Origin: Candidatus Zixiibacteriota bacterium | Lineage (GTDB): Bacteria; Zixibacteria; MSB-5A5; GN15; FEB-12 | Reading direction: 5' to 3' | Assembly (NCBI GenBank): GCA_022571985.1 | Contig: JACZWU010000007.1 | Span: 25,986 to 89,985, forward strand | Length of the DNA stretch: 64,000 nucleotides | Shown: piece by piece, positions 30,730-41,844 of the stretch | How the letters are laid out: each line of letters begins with the position of its first letter | How positions within the stretch are numbered: position 1 is the stretch's first letter | Program-made: the position numbers and the translations under genes | The notes under the pieces: generated by a model | Databases searched by the model: none | What the model was told of the DNA's origin: nothing | The model's input: only the letters and a program-made list of their open reading frames with translations

Positions 30730-32475
30730 ATGATCCAGTCTTTGAGAACCAAAAACCCGATCTGGGATGTGGTTCCTGTACCGGATTCTTCCACTGTCAG
30801 AGATCTGTCCGAAGCTCTGGAACTTCCGCCAGCCATTGTCAAAATTCTCTTGAACAGAGGCTTTGATTCCCCTGAAGCTGTAGAAAAATTCCTTAATCCC
30901 CAGCTTTCAGATTTGCATGACCCGTTTTTGCTGCATGGCATGGACAAAGCCATGGAGCGGGTTACCAAAGCGCTGCTGGCCAACGAGAGAATAATAATTT
31001 ACGGTGACTACGATGTCGACGGCATAACGGCCACCTCGCTTTTGTACATCATCTTTAACAAACTGGGAGCACAGGTAGATTACTTTTTGCCGAACAGGCT
31101 GGTTGAAGGTTACGGGCTTTCTGTTGATGGTATCGACGAAGCCAGGAAAAAGGGTGTTGATCTGATTATCACTGTTGATACCGGCATCAATGCGGTTGAT
31201 GAAGTAGCCTATGCTAATTCACAGGGTATCGATGTAATAATAACAGATCATCACGAACCGCGCGAAATTCTTCCCGAGGCGGTAGCCATAATAAACCCTA
31301 AGCAGGAACAATGTCAGTTTAACGAAGAATTGTCAGGTGTGGGAGTCGCCTTTAAGTTTGCGCAGGCGGTGTACAAATCCCTGGGGCAAAACGAAGCAGA
31401 TCTGTATGAGCATCTTGACCTGGTAGCTCTGGGAACCGCCGCCGATATCGTTCCTCTGGTAGGTGAAAACAGAGTTTTGACCAGATTTGGAATTCCGCAG
31501 ATATCCCGGACTACCAAACCGGGTTTAAAATCGCTGACATTTGTTTCAGGCCTGATGGGCAAGGATATTTCTACAGGGCAGGTTGTTTTTGTGCTCGCTC
31601 CCAGAATAAACGCCATTGGCAGACTTGGCGATGCCAAAGAAGCTATCCGGCTTTTATCGACGCGGGATGAAAAGGTGGCGCAGGAAGTTGCCCGCAAACT
31701 CGACGACGACAACCGCAAACGCAAACGTATTGACGAAGAAACCTTAAATGAAGCCCTGGCACAGCTGGAAGAGATTGCAGATCTGGAAAATGACAAGGCT
31801 ATTGTGCTGGCCGGTGAGGGCTGGCATCTGGGTGTAATCGGCATCGTGGCCAGCAGGATTGTAGAGAGATATCATCTGCCGACTGTAATGATTTCATTAA
31901 AAGACGGCATAGGCAAAGGCTCGGCGCGCTCTATCCCCGGTTTTCATCTGTGTGAAGCACTAAACAAGTGCGAGGATTTACTGCTTCAGTATGGCGGTCA
32001 CAAATATGCCGCCGGACTGTCTATAGAATCCAAGAACGTAGAAGAGTTCCGCAAGAAATTTATTGAAGTCTCAAACAGCGAACTTACTGCTGACGATATC
32101 CAGCCCAAACTGAAAATTGATATGGAATTAGAACTATCGGAAGTAACTGACAATTTCATGGAGCTGCTGGAGAAGTTTGCACCGTTTGGGCCTCAGAATA
32201 TGCGGCCGGTTTTTCTGACTCGTAATTGCGAGATAGTCGGACGCCCAAGTGTGGTCGGCAATAATCATCTTCGCATGAGAGTTCGCAAAGGCAGCACTGT
32301 AATTGATGTTATTGGTTTTGGTTTCGGCGATATGCTGAGCCAGATATCGACCGGTTCACTTGTAGATTCTGTTTATACGCTGGAATATAATACTTATAAC
32401 AATGTTACCCGGGTGCAGATGCGTATTAAAGATATCAAACTGACAGTCAGTACTATGGCGCCCGATTATAAGTAG
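30730..32475 (+). CDS. recJ: Single-stranded-DNA-specific exonuclease RecJ
   Basis: DHH family motifs: GDYDVDGITA, TVDTG, ITDHHEP, GGHKYAAG (DHHA1). Confidence 0.9.
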   Translation: MIQSLRTKNPIWDVVPVPDSSTVRDLSEALELPPAIVKILLNRGFDSPEAVEKFLNPQLSDLHDPFLLHGMDKAMERVTKALLANERIIIYGDYDVDGITATSLLYIIFNKLGAQVDYFLPNRLVEGYGLSVDGIDEARKKGVDLIITVDTGINAVDEVAYANSQGIDVIITDHHEPREILPEAVAIINPKQEQCQFNEELSGVGVAFKFAQAVYKSLGQNEADLYEHLDLVALGTAADIVPLVGENRVLTRFGIPQISRTTKPGLKSLTFVSGLMGKDISTGQVVFVLAPRINAIGRLGDAKEAIRLLSTRDEKVAQEVARKLDDDNRKRKRIDEETLNEALAQLEEIADLENDKAIVLAGEGWHLGVIGIVASRIVERYHLPTVMISLKDGIGKGSARSIPGFHLCEALNKCEDLLLQYGGHKYAAGLSIESKNVEEFRKKFIEVSNSELTADDIQPKLKIDMELELSEVTDNFMELLEKFAPFGPQNMRPVFLTRNCEIVGRPSVVGNNHLRMRVRKGSTVIDVIGFGFGDMLSQISTGSLVDSVYTLEYNTYNNVTRVQMRIKDIKLTVSTMAPDYK

Positions 32476-32479
32476 ACAG

Positions 32480-33421
32480 ATGGTTTCGCTCGATAAATTT
32501 TATAACGGCAATGTGCGCGCTCTTTCACAACTGATCAGCGCCATTGAGTATCAGCAAAATGGTGTCCATAAAACTCTTGGTGAAATTTTCCCTAAAGCGG
32601 CCGGTTCAATAAAAATCGGCATTACCGGTCCTCCCGGAGCAGGTAAATCGACTCTGGTCAACAGTCTGGTTCATAAATTTATTGATAGCGGCAGCAAAGT
32701 CGGCATTCTGGCGGTCGACCCTACTTCGCCTTTTACCGGCGGAGCGCTACTCGGTGACAGGGTGCGCATGAATGAATTTCCAATTGACGGCCGAGTTTAC
32801 TTTCGTTCGATGGCCACCCGCGGCAGCAGCGGCGGCCTTTCGGCTGCTACTGATAATGCTACTTTAGCACTGGGGGCTTTTGGATATGACATTATTCTGA
32901 TAGAAACCGTCGGTGTCGGGCAGGTTGAACTGGATATAATAGATTCCTGCGATACGGTCATAGTTGTGCTGGTTCCGGAATCGGGCGATTCGGTACAGAC
33001 GATGAAAGCCGGACTGATGGAGATCGGCGATATTTTTGTAGTCAACAAATGCGACCGTCCCGGTTCCGACAGGATGGCCGCAGACCTGCGCTACGCCATT
33101 GACAGCTGGAAACGACTTGATGCAGGCTGGAACGCTCCGGTGGTCTGCACCGAGGCCATCAACGGAAAAAACCTGGAGGAGCTCTTTGAGTCGGTTCAGA
33201 CTTTTATAAAGTACAGCAAAGATTCCGGCAGGTTTGTGAAGCAGAGACGCTCACAGATAAGCAAAAAAATTATGTCTCTCTTGCAGAGCAGATTCAGGCA
33301 GGAATTTCTGGAGCAGATAGACAGCGGCGAAAAAATTGAGTCGTACATTGATGATATAGTGAGTGGAAAGTCAGACCCTTTTGCCGCCGGAGAAAAGCTG
33401 TATCAGAAATTTCGTAAGTAA
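32480..33421 (+). CDS. meaB: MeaB/ArgK-type G-protein chaperone of B12-dependent mutases
   Basis: GITGPPGAGKSTLV P-loop, ETVGVGQ, VNKCD. Genomic context with the mutase genes. Confidence 0.85.
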   Translation: MVSLDKFYNGNVRALSQLISAIEYQQNGVHKTLGEIFPKAAGSIKIGITGPPGAGKSTLVNSLVHKFIDSGSKVGILAVDPTSPFTGGALLGDRVRMNEFPIDGRVYFRSMATRGSSGGLSAATDNATLALGAFGYDIILIETVGVGQVELDIIDSCDTVIVVLVPESGDSVQTMKAGLMEIGDIFVVNKCDRPGSDRMAADLRYAIDSWKRLDAGWNAPVVCTEAINGKNLEELFESVQTFIKYSKDSGRFVKQRRSQISKKIMSLLQSRFRQEFLEQIDSGEKIESYIDDIVSGKSDPFAAGEKLYQKFRK

Positions 33422-33466
33422 ATAGGGCATTCAAAACCAGATATCATTAAAGGAGAGGCGAAAATT

Positions 33467-33865
33467 ATGAATGATTTAGAATTAGCCAAAATCTATTGGG
33501 GTCAATTCAATAAGAGACGTGACCTCCAATGGAAAGTTAACCTTAGCTTTTGGGGGGTAATTGCACTCGTCATAGGTTTCTGTGTCACTGAGGGAGTTAA
33601 CAAATCTGTCGCTGAGAGCGAAAGTCTGCGCTATCTCTCACACGGATTAATTTTCCTTACCTATACATATTGGAGAATCGGGTTAGAAAGAGCAAACAGT
33701 ATTGACAAGAAGCGTGCTCTTCAACATATGGATAAATTATTGAGTGATAACTTTGTATATAAAAAAATTCGAAAGCCTATTCCACTTTGGGCTCCTACAG
33801 GACAAATAGCAATGACAATAATATTGCTATCAATTAGTTTAGTGGTGACAGGAATCTCAAAATAG
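33467..33865 (+). CDS. Small 3-TM membrane protein, unknown function (AT-rich insert)
   Basis: Strong AAGGAGAGG RBS. 132 aa with predicted TM segments LSFWGVIALVIGFCV, GLIFLTYTYW and IAMTIILLSISLVVTGI. No known motif. Confidence 0.5.
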   Translation: MNDLELAKIYWGQFNKRRDLQWKVNLSFWGVIALVIGFCVTEGVNKSVAESESLRYLSHGLIFLTYTYWRIGLERANSIDKKRALQHMDKLLSDNFVYKKIRKPIPLWAPTGQIAMTIILLSISLVVTGISK

Positions 33866-33965
33866 CCCACTACCGCTTTTCCTTGCGGCTTGATTTTAGG
33901 GCCTCGGTTAGCTATCATAGCCTGATGTTTTATGAGCCCTCATCGGGCAGGAGAATTGAATTAAA

Positions 33966-35663
33966 ATGTTTGCTGGTAAGTTCTTAGAGAATTTAAAAGA
34001 GAAGCTTTCAAGCTGGGATAAAAACGCCGAAAAATATCGCTCAAAAAAATCTCTGCCCAGATTTTTTACTATCTCAGGTCAAGATATCAACGAACTCTAC
34101 ACTCCGCTTGACATCAAAGGCTCAAGTGAAGACGACTATTTCGAAAAGCAGATAAATTTCCCCGGTGAGTACCCTTACACCAGAGGCATTCACCCGACCA
34201 TGTATCGCACTAAGATGTGGACTTTCCGTCAGTTTGCCGGCATGGCCTCTCCCGAAGAAACCAATCAGCGCTTCAAATATATTCTGGCTCAGGGCGGCAC
34301 CGGCCTTTCGGCGGCTTTTGATCTGCCGACTCTGATGGGCTACGATTCCGACCATGCTCATTCTTTGGGCGAAGTCGGCAAGTGCGGGGTGGCAGTTGAC
34401 ACTCTGGCAGATATGGAATTAATTTTTGAGGGCATAGATCTGGGCAAAGTCTCAGTTTCGATGACTATCAATTCGCCGGCTTCAATTATATTAGCTATGT
34501 ACTTAGCAGTTGCTGAGAAAAAAGGCGTGGCGCTTGATAAACTGCGCGGCACTTTGCAAAACGATATCTTAAAAGAGTACATTGCTCAAAAAGAATTTAT
34601 CTATCCGCCCAAGCCGTCAATCAAACTGATTACGGATATGATGGAGTACTGCTTAAAAAACGTACCACAGTGGAACACAATTTCTATTTCAGGTTATCAT
34701 ATTCGCGAAGCCGGTTCGACCGCGGCGCAGGAGCTGGCCTTCACACTGGCCGATGGTTTCTGCTACATAGAAGCTGCTATCGAAGCCGGACTTGATATAG
34801 ATGAATTTGCACCGCGTCTGTCGTTCTTTTTTAACGCTCACTCGGATTTCTTTGAAGAGATTGCTAAATACCGGGCGGCCAGAAGAATTTATGCGCGCCA
34901 TATGAAAGAGAAATATAAAGCTAAAAACGAAAAAAGCTGGTTGCTTCGTTTTCACACCCAGACAGCAGGCTGTTCGCTTACCGCACAGCAGCCGGAAAAT
35001 AACATAGTGCGCACGGCCATTCAGGCGTTAAGCGCGGTTATGGGCGGTACCCAGTCGCTGCATACCAATTCGATGGATGAAACGCTGGCGCTGCCATCGG
35101 AAAGAGCGGCCCTGATTGCTCTTCGTACCCAGCAGGTGATTGCTCACGAAACCGGCGTAGCCAACACAGTCGACCCGCTGGGAGGCTCGTACTTTGTGGA
35201 AGCTCTGACCGACAAGATGGAAAAAGAAGCCGAAGAATATTTTGCCGAAATTGAAAAGCGCGGCGGAGTATTAACCTGTATCGAAGAAGGTTTTTTTCAG
35301 ACAGAAATTGCCCGCGCCGCTTATCAATTTCAAAAAGAGATTGAAAGTAAAGAGCGGGTCATTGTCGGCGTCAATGGTTACACTATGGAAGGTGAAAAGA
35401 TAGATATTCCGGTTCTGAAAATCGACAAGGAATGTGAAAGAAAGCAGATTGCTGCACTTAAGAAAATAAAAGCAGAGCGAAATAACGGTCAGGTTCAGGT
35501 GTTGCTCGATAAACTAAAACAGGTTGCCACAGACGGCGGTAATACTTTTGAAGCGATTCTCGAGTGCAGCCGCGAATACGCGACGTTAGGCGAGATGTGC
35601 GATGTCTTGCGCGATGTCTGGGGTGAACATGTGGAAAACCCTGCTGCCATGCAGGTGTCATAA
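33966..35663 (+). CDS. Acyl-CoA mutase catalytic subunit with isobutyryl-CoA-mutase-type signature (IcmA-like)
   Basis: [10 protein letters not shown] and [15 protein letters not shown] mutase core. RQF(90)AG and EYIAQ(208)KEFIYPP carry Phe/Gln where methylmalonyl-CoA mutase has Tyr89/Arg207. No B12 domain. Confidence 0.8.
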   Translation: MFAGKFLENLKEKLSSWDKNAEKYRSKKSLPRFFTISGQDINELYTPLDIKGSSEDDYFEKQINFPGEYPYTRGIHPTMYRTKMWTFRQFAGMASPEETNQRFKYILAQGGTGLSAAFDLPTLMGYDSDHAHSLGEVGKCGVAVDTLADMELIFEGIDLGKVSVSMTINSPASIILAMYLAVAEKKGVALDKLRGTLQNDILKEYIAQKEFIYPPKPSIKLITDMMEYCLKNVPQWNTISISGYHIREAGSTAAQELAFTLADGFCYIEAAIEAGLDIDEFAPRLSFFFNAHSDFFEEIAKYRAARRIYARHMKEKYKAKNEKSWLLRFHTQTAGCSLTAQQPENNIVRTAIQALSAVMGGTQSLHTNSMDETLALPSERAALIALRTQQVIAHETGVANTVDPLGGSYFVEALTDKMEKEAEEYFAEIEKRGGVLTCIEEGFFQTEIARAAYQFQKEIESKERVIVGVNGYTMEGEKIDIPVLKIDKECERKQIAALKKIKAERNNGQVQVLLDKLKQVATDGGNTFEAILECSREYATLGEMCDVLRDVWGEHVENPAAMQVS

Positions 35664-35669
35664 AAATTC

Positions 35670-36761
35670 ATGATTGAAACTAAAGAAAAGATTTGTTTTG
35701 TAATTATGCCGATAGGTAAGCATGATGATAAATCTACCGAATATTGGAAAAGTATCTACGAAGATATAATCAAGCCGGCTGTTGAATATACGGATTCAAG
35801 TATAAAATGCTTTAGAGCTGACGATGAGGCTAAATCAGGGCAGATAACCCCTGATATAATTCGTCATCTATATCAAAGTTTCCTTTGCGTAGCTGACGTT
35901 ACAAGAAAAAATCCCAATGTTTACTATGAACTTGGGTTAAGGGATTCCTGGCACAATAGAACAATTACTATTACACAAGAATTTGGTGACATTGTTTTTG
36001 ACAGATCGGATATACGAGCCATTAGATATAAGGTAGATGACTCCAAAGCACAATCTGAATTCAATAGGAAAATGAAAGAAGCGATACTGGACATATTGAA
36101 GAATCCGAATGAGGTTAGAAATAAAGTTCAAGAAATGTTGGATAAGAAAAGAGGAGATTCTACGGAAAATCGTTTGCGACAAATGCTGAAAAAACAAGAA
36201 GCTCCGAGAAAGTTAGCGCATGATTATATGCAGAGGAGAATCAGCAACTTGCTCCCCATTATGGATTATAGGAACGATAACCACGAAATCAAGACGCCCG
36301 AGTTTTTTTCACCGTACGTAAGAGTAAAAGGGAATGAGAAAACTCTTCTTCTGTTGATGAATAGCTATGATCCCAGGAAAAACAAGACGGAGTATATGGT
36401 ACGGGTTGCTTCAAATCTTGATGCGCTTATTAAGAGTAGCTTCATCTACGGTATTTTTGATGGTGAGATTGAAAAAAACTTTTCCATTGATTCTGATCCA
36501 ATAATAAAGATTAACGATATTTCCAATTTGCTATTCATATTGCCCTTTGAGGGTAGATTGAACGATAATTCAAGCCTGCTTGCTAGCCTTAAACATCATT
36601 TTGAAAGTGTTAGGAAAAAGTACATCTCTAAGGGAATACCACTAACCCATAATAAAGCCACGGATTTATCTACTAGCAATGGAAAAGTAAAATTTGAAGT
36701 GTGGGATATTGTAAAACTGAATGTGCTTGAAAAGGAAAATCGTTTGACATTTAGTACATAA
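35670..36761 (+). CDS. Hypothetical protein with N-terminal NDT/TIR-like Rossmannoid domain (AT-rich insert)
   Basis: [10 protein letters not shown]...IIKPAV...[23 protein letters not shown]...TITIT resembles nucleoside 2-deoxyribosyltransferase / TIR-like folds. The C-terminal 230 aa have no recognised motif. Confidence 0.45.
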   Translation: MIETKEKICFVIMPIGKHDDKSTEYWKSIYEDIIKPAVEYTDSSIKCFRADDEAKSGQITPDIIRHLYQSFLCVADVTRKNPNVYYELGLRDSWHNRTITITQEFGDIVFDRSDIRAIRYKVDDSKAQSEFNRKMKEAILDILKNPNEVRNKVQEMLDKKRGDSTENRLRQMLKKQEAPRKLAHDYMQRRISNLLPIMDYRNDNHEIKTPEFFSPYVRVKGNEKTLLLLMNSYDPRKNKTEYMVRVASNLDALIKSSFIYGIFDGEIEKNFSIDSDPIIKINDISNLLFILPFEGRLNDNSSLLASLKHHFESVRKKYISKGIPLTHNKATDLSTSNGKVKFEVWDIVKLNVLEKENRLTFST

Positions 36762-36762
36762 T

Positions 36763-37188
36763 GTGAAAAGTATAGTTATGGAAAAGAAAGTAAGAGTATT
36801 GTTAGCCAAGCCCGGTCTTGACGGGCACGACCGCGGAGTAAAAGTAATAGCGGCGGCGCTGCGTGATGCCGGTATGGAAGTAATTTACACCGGCCTGCGT
36901 CAGACGCCGCAGATGATTGTAGATGCCGCCATTCAGGAAGATGTCGACGCTATCGGGGTGTCGATACTTTCAGGTGCGCATATGACCTTGTTTCCGGCAA
37001 TTTTAGAGGAACTAAAAGCCAAAGATGCCACCGATATAATTTTGTTCGGCGGCGGCATTATTCCCGACGACGACAAAGCCGAACTGGAAAAGATGGGCGT
37101 GGCCAAGATATTCACTCCGGGTGCGCCAACCGAAGAAGCGATAAAATTTCTCAGAGAGGCTGCCGGTTCGCGCAGTCCCAAAGAGTAA
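36763..37188 (+). CDS. B12-binding small subunit of a split acyl-CoA mutase (IcmB/McmA2-like)
   Basis: [20 protein letters not shown] carries the DxHxxG cobalamin motif. SILSGAH and GGGIIP are present. The start is GTG 36763 or ATG 36778. Confidence 0.9.
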   Translation: MKSIVMEKKVRVLLAKPGLDGHDRGVKVIAAALRDAGMEVIYTGLRQTPQMIVDAAIQEDVDAIGVSILSGAHMTLFPAILEELKAKDATDIILFGGGIIPDDDKAELEKMGVAKIFTPGAPTEEAIKFLREAAGSRSPKE

Positions 37189-37229
37189 GAGAACCCAATC
37201 AAAGGAATCCGCTAAAAGATTTGCGGCCG

Positions 37230-38069
37230 ATGAAATTCGGGCAGTTTGAAATAGATGTATTTGTAGAGCAGCGCTTTAAGCTCGATGGCGGCATGATGTT
37301 CGGTATTGTGCCAAAAGTTATCTGGAACAAATTAATCCCGGCCGATGATAAAAATTTTATCCCGATGACTACCAATTTGTATGTTCTCAAAGCGCATGGT
37401 AAAACAATGATTTTTGATATCGGACTGGGAGATAACTTAAGCGATTTCGAAAAAAAGATTTACAACGTAACCGAAGAAAGCGCCATGACTTCCGGCCTGA
37501 CGTCGGTTGGTCTTAATTCTGACGATATCGATTATGTCATACTGACGCATCTTCACACCGACCACGCCGGCGGCGCCGTTACAATCGACAATGGCGAGTT
37601 TGTGCCGCGATTTAAGAACGCCAAATATATTGTCAGCAAAGAAGAGTGGCAGGTGGCCACCAACCCGACCGAGCGCACTTCGGCGGTTTATAACCCCGAC
37701 AGATATCAGGCCTTAAAAAACGCCGGACAGCTGGAACTTGTTGACGCCAACAGCGAACTTTTTCCGGGCATAAAAGCGGTTTATACCGGCGGACATACCG
37801 AAGGTCATTTTGGTCTGGAAATTGAATCTGAAGATAAGCGAGTTTTCTATTATTCTGATATTTTTCCCACTTCCTGGCATATGCCGGTGCCGTATATAGC
37901 CGCCACCGACGTTTTTCCGCTCGAGTCAATGGAGGCCAAGCGCAAAGTGCTGCCGCGGTTATTAGACGAAAACACTATTGTTGCTTTTAACCATGATACC
38001 AAGGTAACTTTCGGTAAAGTAAAAGAGGACGGGAAGAAGTATAAAGTAACGGCTGTGAAAGAAATATGA
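37230..38069 (+). CDS. MBL-fold metallo-hydrolase
   Basis: LTHLHTDHAGG (HxHxDH) and later GGHTEGH. Confidence 0.8.
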   Translation: MKFGQFEIDVFVEQRFKLDGGMMFGIVPKVIWNKLIPADDKNFIPMTTNLYVLKAHGKTMIFDIGLGDNLSDFEKKIYNVTEESAMTSGLTSVGLNSDDIDYVILTHLHTDHAGGAVTIDNGEFVPRFKNAKYIVSKEEWQVATNPTERTSAVYNPDRYQALKNAGQLELVDANSELFPGIKAVYTGGHTEGHFGLEIESEDKRVFYYSDIFPTSWHMPVPYIAATDVFPLESMEAKRKVLPRLLDENTIVAFNHDTKVTFGKVKEDGKKYKVTAVKEI

Positions 38070-38123
38070 TAATTATATTGTTAAGTGAAACACAAACTAA
38101 GATTAGACAAAACGCGCCTGGCT

Positions 38124-38235
38124 GTCATTGCGAGTCCCACTACTGTGGGCGAAGCAAGCTCAATGGCATAATGGCATAGTGTAAGAGATATTGCCGCGTC
38201 GTTCCCCGCTGCGGGCGGGGAACTTCTCGCAATGA
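38124..38235. repeat. Convergent inverted pair of gtcattgcgag...gcaa(t/g)ctc hairpin repeat elements
   Basis: 38124-38161 is the forward copy with internal hairpin cccactactgtggg. 38185-38235 is the reverse copy with internal hairpin ttccccgctgcgggcggggaa. Confidence 0.75.
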
Positions 38236-38245
38236 CGGGATAAAA

Positions 38246-39796
38246 ATGTCGCTTGAAGAGAGATTAAAACAGCTGGAACAAATGCGCCGCGAAGCGGAAC
38301 TTGGCGGCGGCAAAGAGCGCATCGCATCACAGCATAAAAAAGGAAAGCTGACAGCGCGTGAGCGGATTGAATTGTTAGTCGACGAGAACTCGTTTGAGGA
38401 GTTTGATGTTTTTGTGACTCATCGTTCGTCTGATTTTGGATTAGAAAAGAAAAAATATCTGGGGGACGGCGTGGTCACCGGCTGCGGTAAAATAAACGGC
38501 CGCTTAGTTTATATTTTTTCGCAGGACTTTACCGTTTTTGGCGGCTCTCTTTCTGAAGCACACGCTGAGAAGATAGTAAAAATTATGAAGGCTGCCTTAA
38601 AAACCGGCGCACCGATAATCGGCTTAAATGATTCCGGCGGTGCGCGGATTCAGGAAGGTGTTGTTTCTCTGGGCGGCTACGCCGATATTTTTCTTTTAAA
38701 CACGCATGCTTCGGGCGTCATCCCGCAGATTTCTTTAGTATTGGGTCCCTGCGCCGGCGGTGCCGTCTACAGCCCTGCTATTACAGATTTTGTTATTATG
38801 TCCAGCGGTACTTCTTATATGTTTGTAACCGGCCCCAACGTAGTCAAGACAGTCACCCACGAAGAAGTCAGCTCCGAGGAACTTGGCGGGGCTGAAGTGC
38901 ACGCTTCGAAATCCGGCGTGGCGCATTTCGCCTGCGAAAGCGAAGCCGATGCCATTGCCAAAGCCAAGCGGCTGCTTTTGTATATTCCGCAGAACAATAT
39001 CGAAGACCCGCCGACAGCTGATAACGGCGACAGTCCTGAAAGGGAAGAAGCAGCGCTGAATAAAATCGTTCCGGATAATGTTAATCAGCCTTACGATATC
39101 AAAGATGTAATCGAACTGGTGGTTGACAAAGGCTCGTTTTTTGAAGTTCACGAAATGTTTGCGCAAAATATGGTCGTCGGTTTTGCTCATCTTGGCGGCC
39201 GGTCAATCGGCATTATCGCCAATCAGCCGGCAGTTTTGGCAGGTTGTCTGGATATAAACTCATCGCGCAAAGGAGCACGATTTGTGCGTTTCTGCGATTG
39301 CTTCAATATTCCGCTGCTGGTGTTCGAAGATGTGCCCGGCTTCATGCCCGGCACTGACCAGGAGCATGGCGGTATTATCAAAGAAGGTGCCAAACTTTTG
39401 TACGCCTTCTGCGAAGCGACAGTCCCTAAAGTTACCGTCATCACCCGCAAAGCCTACGGCGGAGCTTATGACGTTATGAATTCAAAACATGTCCGCGGTG
39501 ACATGAACTACGCCTGGCCAACAGCGGAAATCGCTGTCATGGGTGCCAAAGGTGCCGCCGAAATAATTTTCAAAAAAGAAATTGCGAGCGCCAAAGACCC
39601 CGAAGCAGAGCTTAAAAAGAAAACCGAAGAATACCGCACACAATTCGCCAATCCCTTTAAGGCTGCCGAGCGGGGATATATCGATGATATTATCGAACCA
39701 AAAACTACCCGTGCCCGTTTGATTCGTGCCTTTGAAATGCTCGAAAATAAAAAAGATTCCAACCCGCCCAAAAAACATGGCAATATCCCGCTGTAA
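38246..39796 (+). CDS. pccB: Propionyl/methylmalonyl-CoA carboxyltransferase (beta subunit)
   Basis: 516 aa. [11 protein letters not shown], duplicated crotonase-like CT domains, [21 protein letters not shown]. Confidence 0.9.
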   Translation: MSLEERLKQLEQMRREAELGGGKERIASQHKKGKLTARERIELLVDENSFEEFDVFVTHRSSDFGLEKKKYLGDGVVTGCGKINGRLVYIFSQDFTVFGGSLSEAHAEKIVKIMKAALKTGAPIIGLNDSGGARIQEGVVSLGGYADIFLLNTHASGVIPQISLVLGPCAGGAVYSPAITDFVIMSSGTSYMFVTGPNVVKTVTHEEVSSEELGGAEVHASKSGVAHFACESEADAIAKAKRLLLYIPQNNIEDPPTADNGDSPEREEAALNKIVPDNVNQPYDIKDVIELVVDKGSFFEVHEMFAQNMVVGFAHLGGRSIGIIANQPAVLAGCLDINSSRKGARFVRFCDCFNIPLLVFEDVPGFMPGTDQEHGGIIKEGAKLLYAFCEATVPKVTVITRKAYGGAYDVMNSKHVRGDMNYAWPTAEIAVMGAKGAAEIIFKKEIASAKDPEAELKKKTEEYRTQFANPFKAAERGYIDDIIEPKTTRARLIRAFEMLENKKDSNPPKKHGNIPL

Positions 39797-41328
39797 TGTC
39801 TAAGCCAATCAAAAAAATCCTGATTGCCAATCGCGGTGAAATCGCTGTGCGCATCATTCGTGCCTGCAAAGAACTGAGCATAACATCCGTGGCAGTTTTC
39901 TCAAGTGCCGATCGCAGCGCCTGCCATGTGGCCATGGCAGACGAAGCTTATTTTATCGGTGGGGCGCCATCACCAGAAAGCTACTTAGATCAAAACAAAA
40001 TTATCGAAACGGCTAAAAAGTGCCAGTCTGATGCTATTCACCCGGGTTATGGATTTTTAGCAGAGAACGCCGGGTTCGCCAGACGGTGCGCTGATGAAAA
40101 GATTATTTTTATCGGCCCCAGGGCAGAAACGATAGAATTACTTGGTGATAAAATCCAGGCGCGCCAAAAAGCAATCGAAGCCGGCCTGCCGGTTATACCC
40201 GGTGAAGAAATTGATGTCGCTGATTCAGATGACGCACTGACTAAAGCAAAATCTATCGGTTTTCCGGTCTTGATAAAAGCTATTGCCGGCGGCGGCGGCA
40301 AAGGGATGCGGGTAGTAAATTCAGCTGAAGATTTTAATGAATCATTGATACGGGCATCGTCTGAAGCAAAATCTGCTTTCGGCGATGGCCGGGTTTTCTT
40401 AGAGAAATTCTTAGAAAATCCGCGTCATATTGAGCTTCAAATTCTTTGCGATGCTCACGGCAACGCCGTGCACTTAGGAGAGCGGGAATGCTCTATACAA
40501 AGACGGCATCAGAAACTTATCGAAGAGTCACCTTCACCTGTCATGACGCCAAAGCTCAGACTAAAGATGGGTGAGGCGGCGCTTAAGATTGCCAGAGCCA
40601 GCGACTATATCGGCGCCGGTACAGTTGAGTTCATGGTTGATCAGGATATGTCTTTTTATTTTTTAGAAGTCAACACCCGTCTTCAGGTTGAACATCCGGT
40701 GACTGAGCTGGTAACAGCCATTGATCTGGTCAAAGAGCAGATTGCAATCGCAGAAAATAAAAAACTAAGTTTTTCTCAAGACGACATTACGTTCTCAGGC
40801 CATGCTATCGAATGCCGCCTTTCGGCTGAGGACCCGCAGCAGGGCTTTGTGCCATCGACCGGGACAATACAGGATTATCGTATCCCCTCAGGGCCGGGAG
40901 TGCGCATTGATTCCGGAGTAGAAAGCGGCTCAGAAATTTCTGTATACTATGACCCGCTGTTCGCCAAACTTATTGTCTGGGGAAAAGACCGCAGTGAAGC
41001 AATCAGCCGCATGAGACGCGCGCTTGAAGAATTCCGAATCTCCGGACTGAAAACGACTATCGGCTTTCATCGTCTGGTCATGGAGAATGACAATTTTATA
41101 TCGGGGGATTTCTCTACTAATTTTATAGAAACTGAATATCCGAATTTTGAGTTTGAAACAGCAGCTGACAAGACAATCGAAACAGCTGCCATCGCTGCGG
41201 CAATCGACAAATTTAAAAACGAAAGCAGCATAAATCTGCAAAACGGAAAATCTTCGAGAGCGTCTGTTTCTAACTGGTCGCTTTATCATCGCCAGAGAAA
41301 TATGAGAAAGTTTACCGGGAGCAGATAA
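39796..41328 (+). CDS. Biotin carboxylase subunit of acyl-CoA carboxylase
   Basis: KILIANRGEIAVRIIRA, ATP-grasp GGGGKGMR, EVNTRLQVEHPVTE. Its start overlaps the pccB stop (TAATG). Confidence 0.9.
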   Translation: MSKPIKKILIANRGEIAVRIIRACKELSITSVAVFSSADRSACHVAMADEAYFIGGAPSPESYLDQNKIIETAKKCQSDAIHPGYGFLAENAGFARRCADEKIIFIGPRAETIELLGDKIQARQKAIEAGLPVIPGEEIDVADSDDALTKAKSIGFPVLIKAIAGGGGKGMRVVNSAEDFNESLIRASSEAKSAFGDGRVFLEKFLENPRHIELQILCDAHGNAVHLGERECSIQRRHQKLIEESPSPVMTPKLRLKMGEAALKIARASDYIGAGTVEFMVDQDMSFYFLEVNTRLQVEHPVTELVTAIDLVKEQIAIAENKKLSFSQDDITFSGHAIECRLSAEDPQQGFVPSTGTIQDYRIPSGPGVRIDSGVESGSEISVYYDPLFAKLIVWGKDRSEAISRMRRALEEFRISGLKTTIGFHRLVMENDNFISGDFSTNFIETEYPNFEFETAADKTIETAAIAAAIDKFKNESSINLQNGKSSRASVSNWSLYHRQRNMRKFTGSR

Positions 41329-41331
41329 CAA

Positions 41332-41844
41332 ATGGCGCATTACTTAGTAAGATCAAACGGCAAAGAGTTTGATATAGTTATCGAAAAATCCGGAGACTCA
41401 TTTCACGCCGTTGTCAATGGTCGGAAGTACTTTGTGCAATCTGCAAGCTGTGGCAGGTCTAAATCCGTCATGCTTATCGACGGCAGTTCTCACGAAATAA
41501 GTATTAAAACAAATGGTTATGATAACAGCCGTCTGGTAACTGTCGGACCGGTTGAAGTAGAACTGGAGATTGATAATTTCCGTCTGGCGCAGCTAAAAAA
41601 AGCTGCCGGCAACGGCAGCGGCAAAGCAGCCTCAAAAGAAATAAAAGCGCCCATGCCCGGACTGATTTTGGAAGTCAAAGTAAGTTCGGGAGAAAAAGTT
41701 GAGCCCGGTCAGCTAATTTTGGTAATTGAGGCCATGAAGATGGAAAACGCTGTCAAATCGTCGGCTGCGGCTGTTGTCAAAAATATAGCAGTTTCTAAAG
41801 GGCAGTCGGTCGAAAAGGGCGATTTACTAATAGAGTTTGAATAG
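41332..41844 (+). CDS. Biotin carboxyl carrier protein
   Basis: C-terminal biotinyl domain with the EAMKMEN attachment motif. Confidence 0.85.
   Translation: MAHYLVRSNGKEFDIVIEKSGDSFHAVVNGRKYFVQSASCGRSKSVMLIDGSSHEISIKTNGYDNSRLVTVGPVEVELEIDNFRLAQLKKAAGNGSGKAASKEIKAPMPGLILEVKVSSGEKVEPGQLILVIEAMKMENAVKSSAAAVVKNIAVSKGQSVEKGDLLIEFE

Noticed and set aside
30696-30983. 95-aa minus-strand ORF.
   Set aside because: It overlaps the 3' end of rnpB and the 5' end of recJ.
33866-33965. Cobalamin riboswitch upstream of the mutase genes.
   Set aside because: I inspected this spacer and the other spacers in the cluster. No B12-box-like element or multi-stem structure was recognisable.
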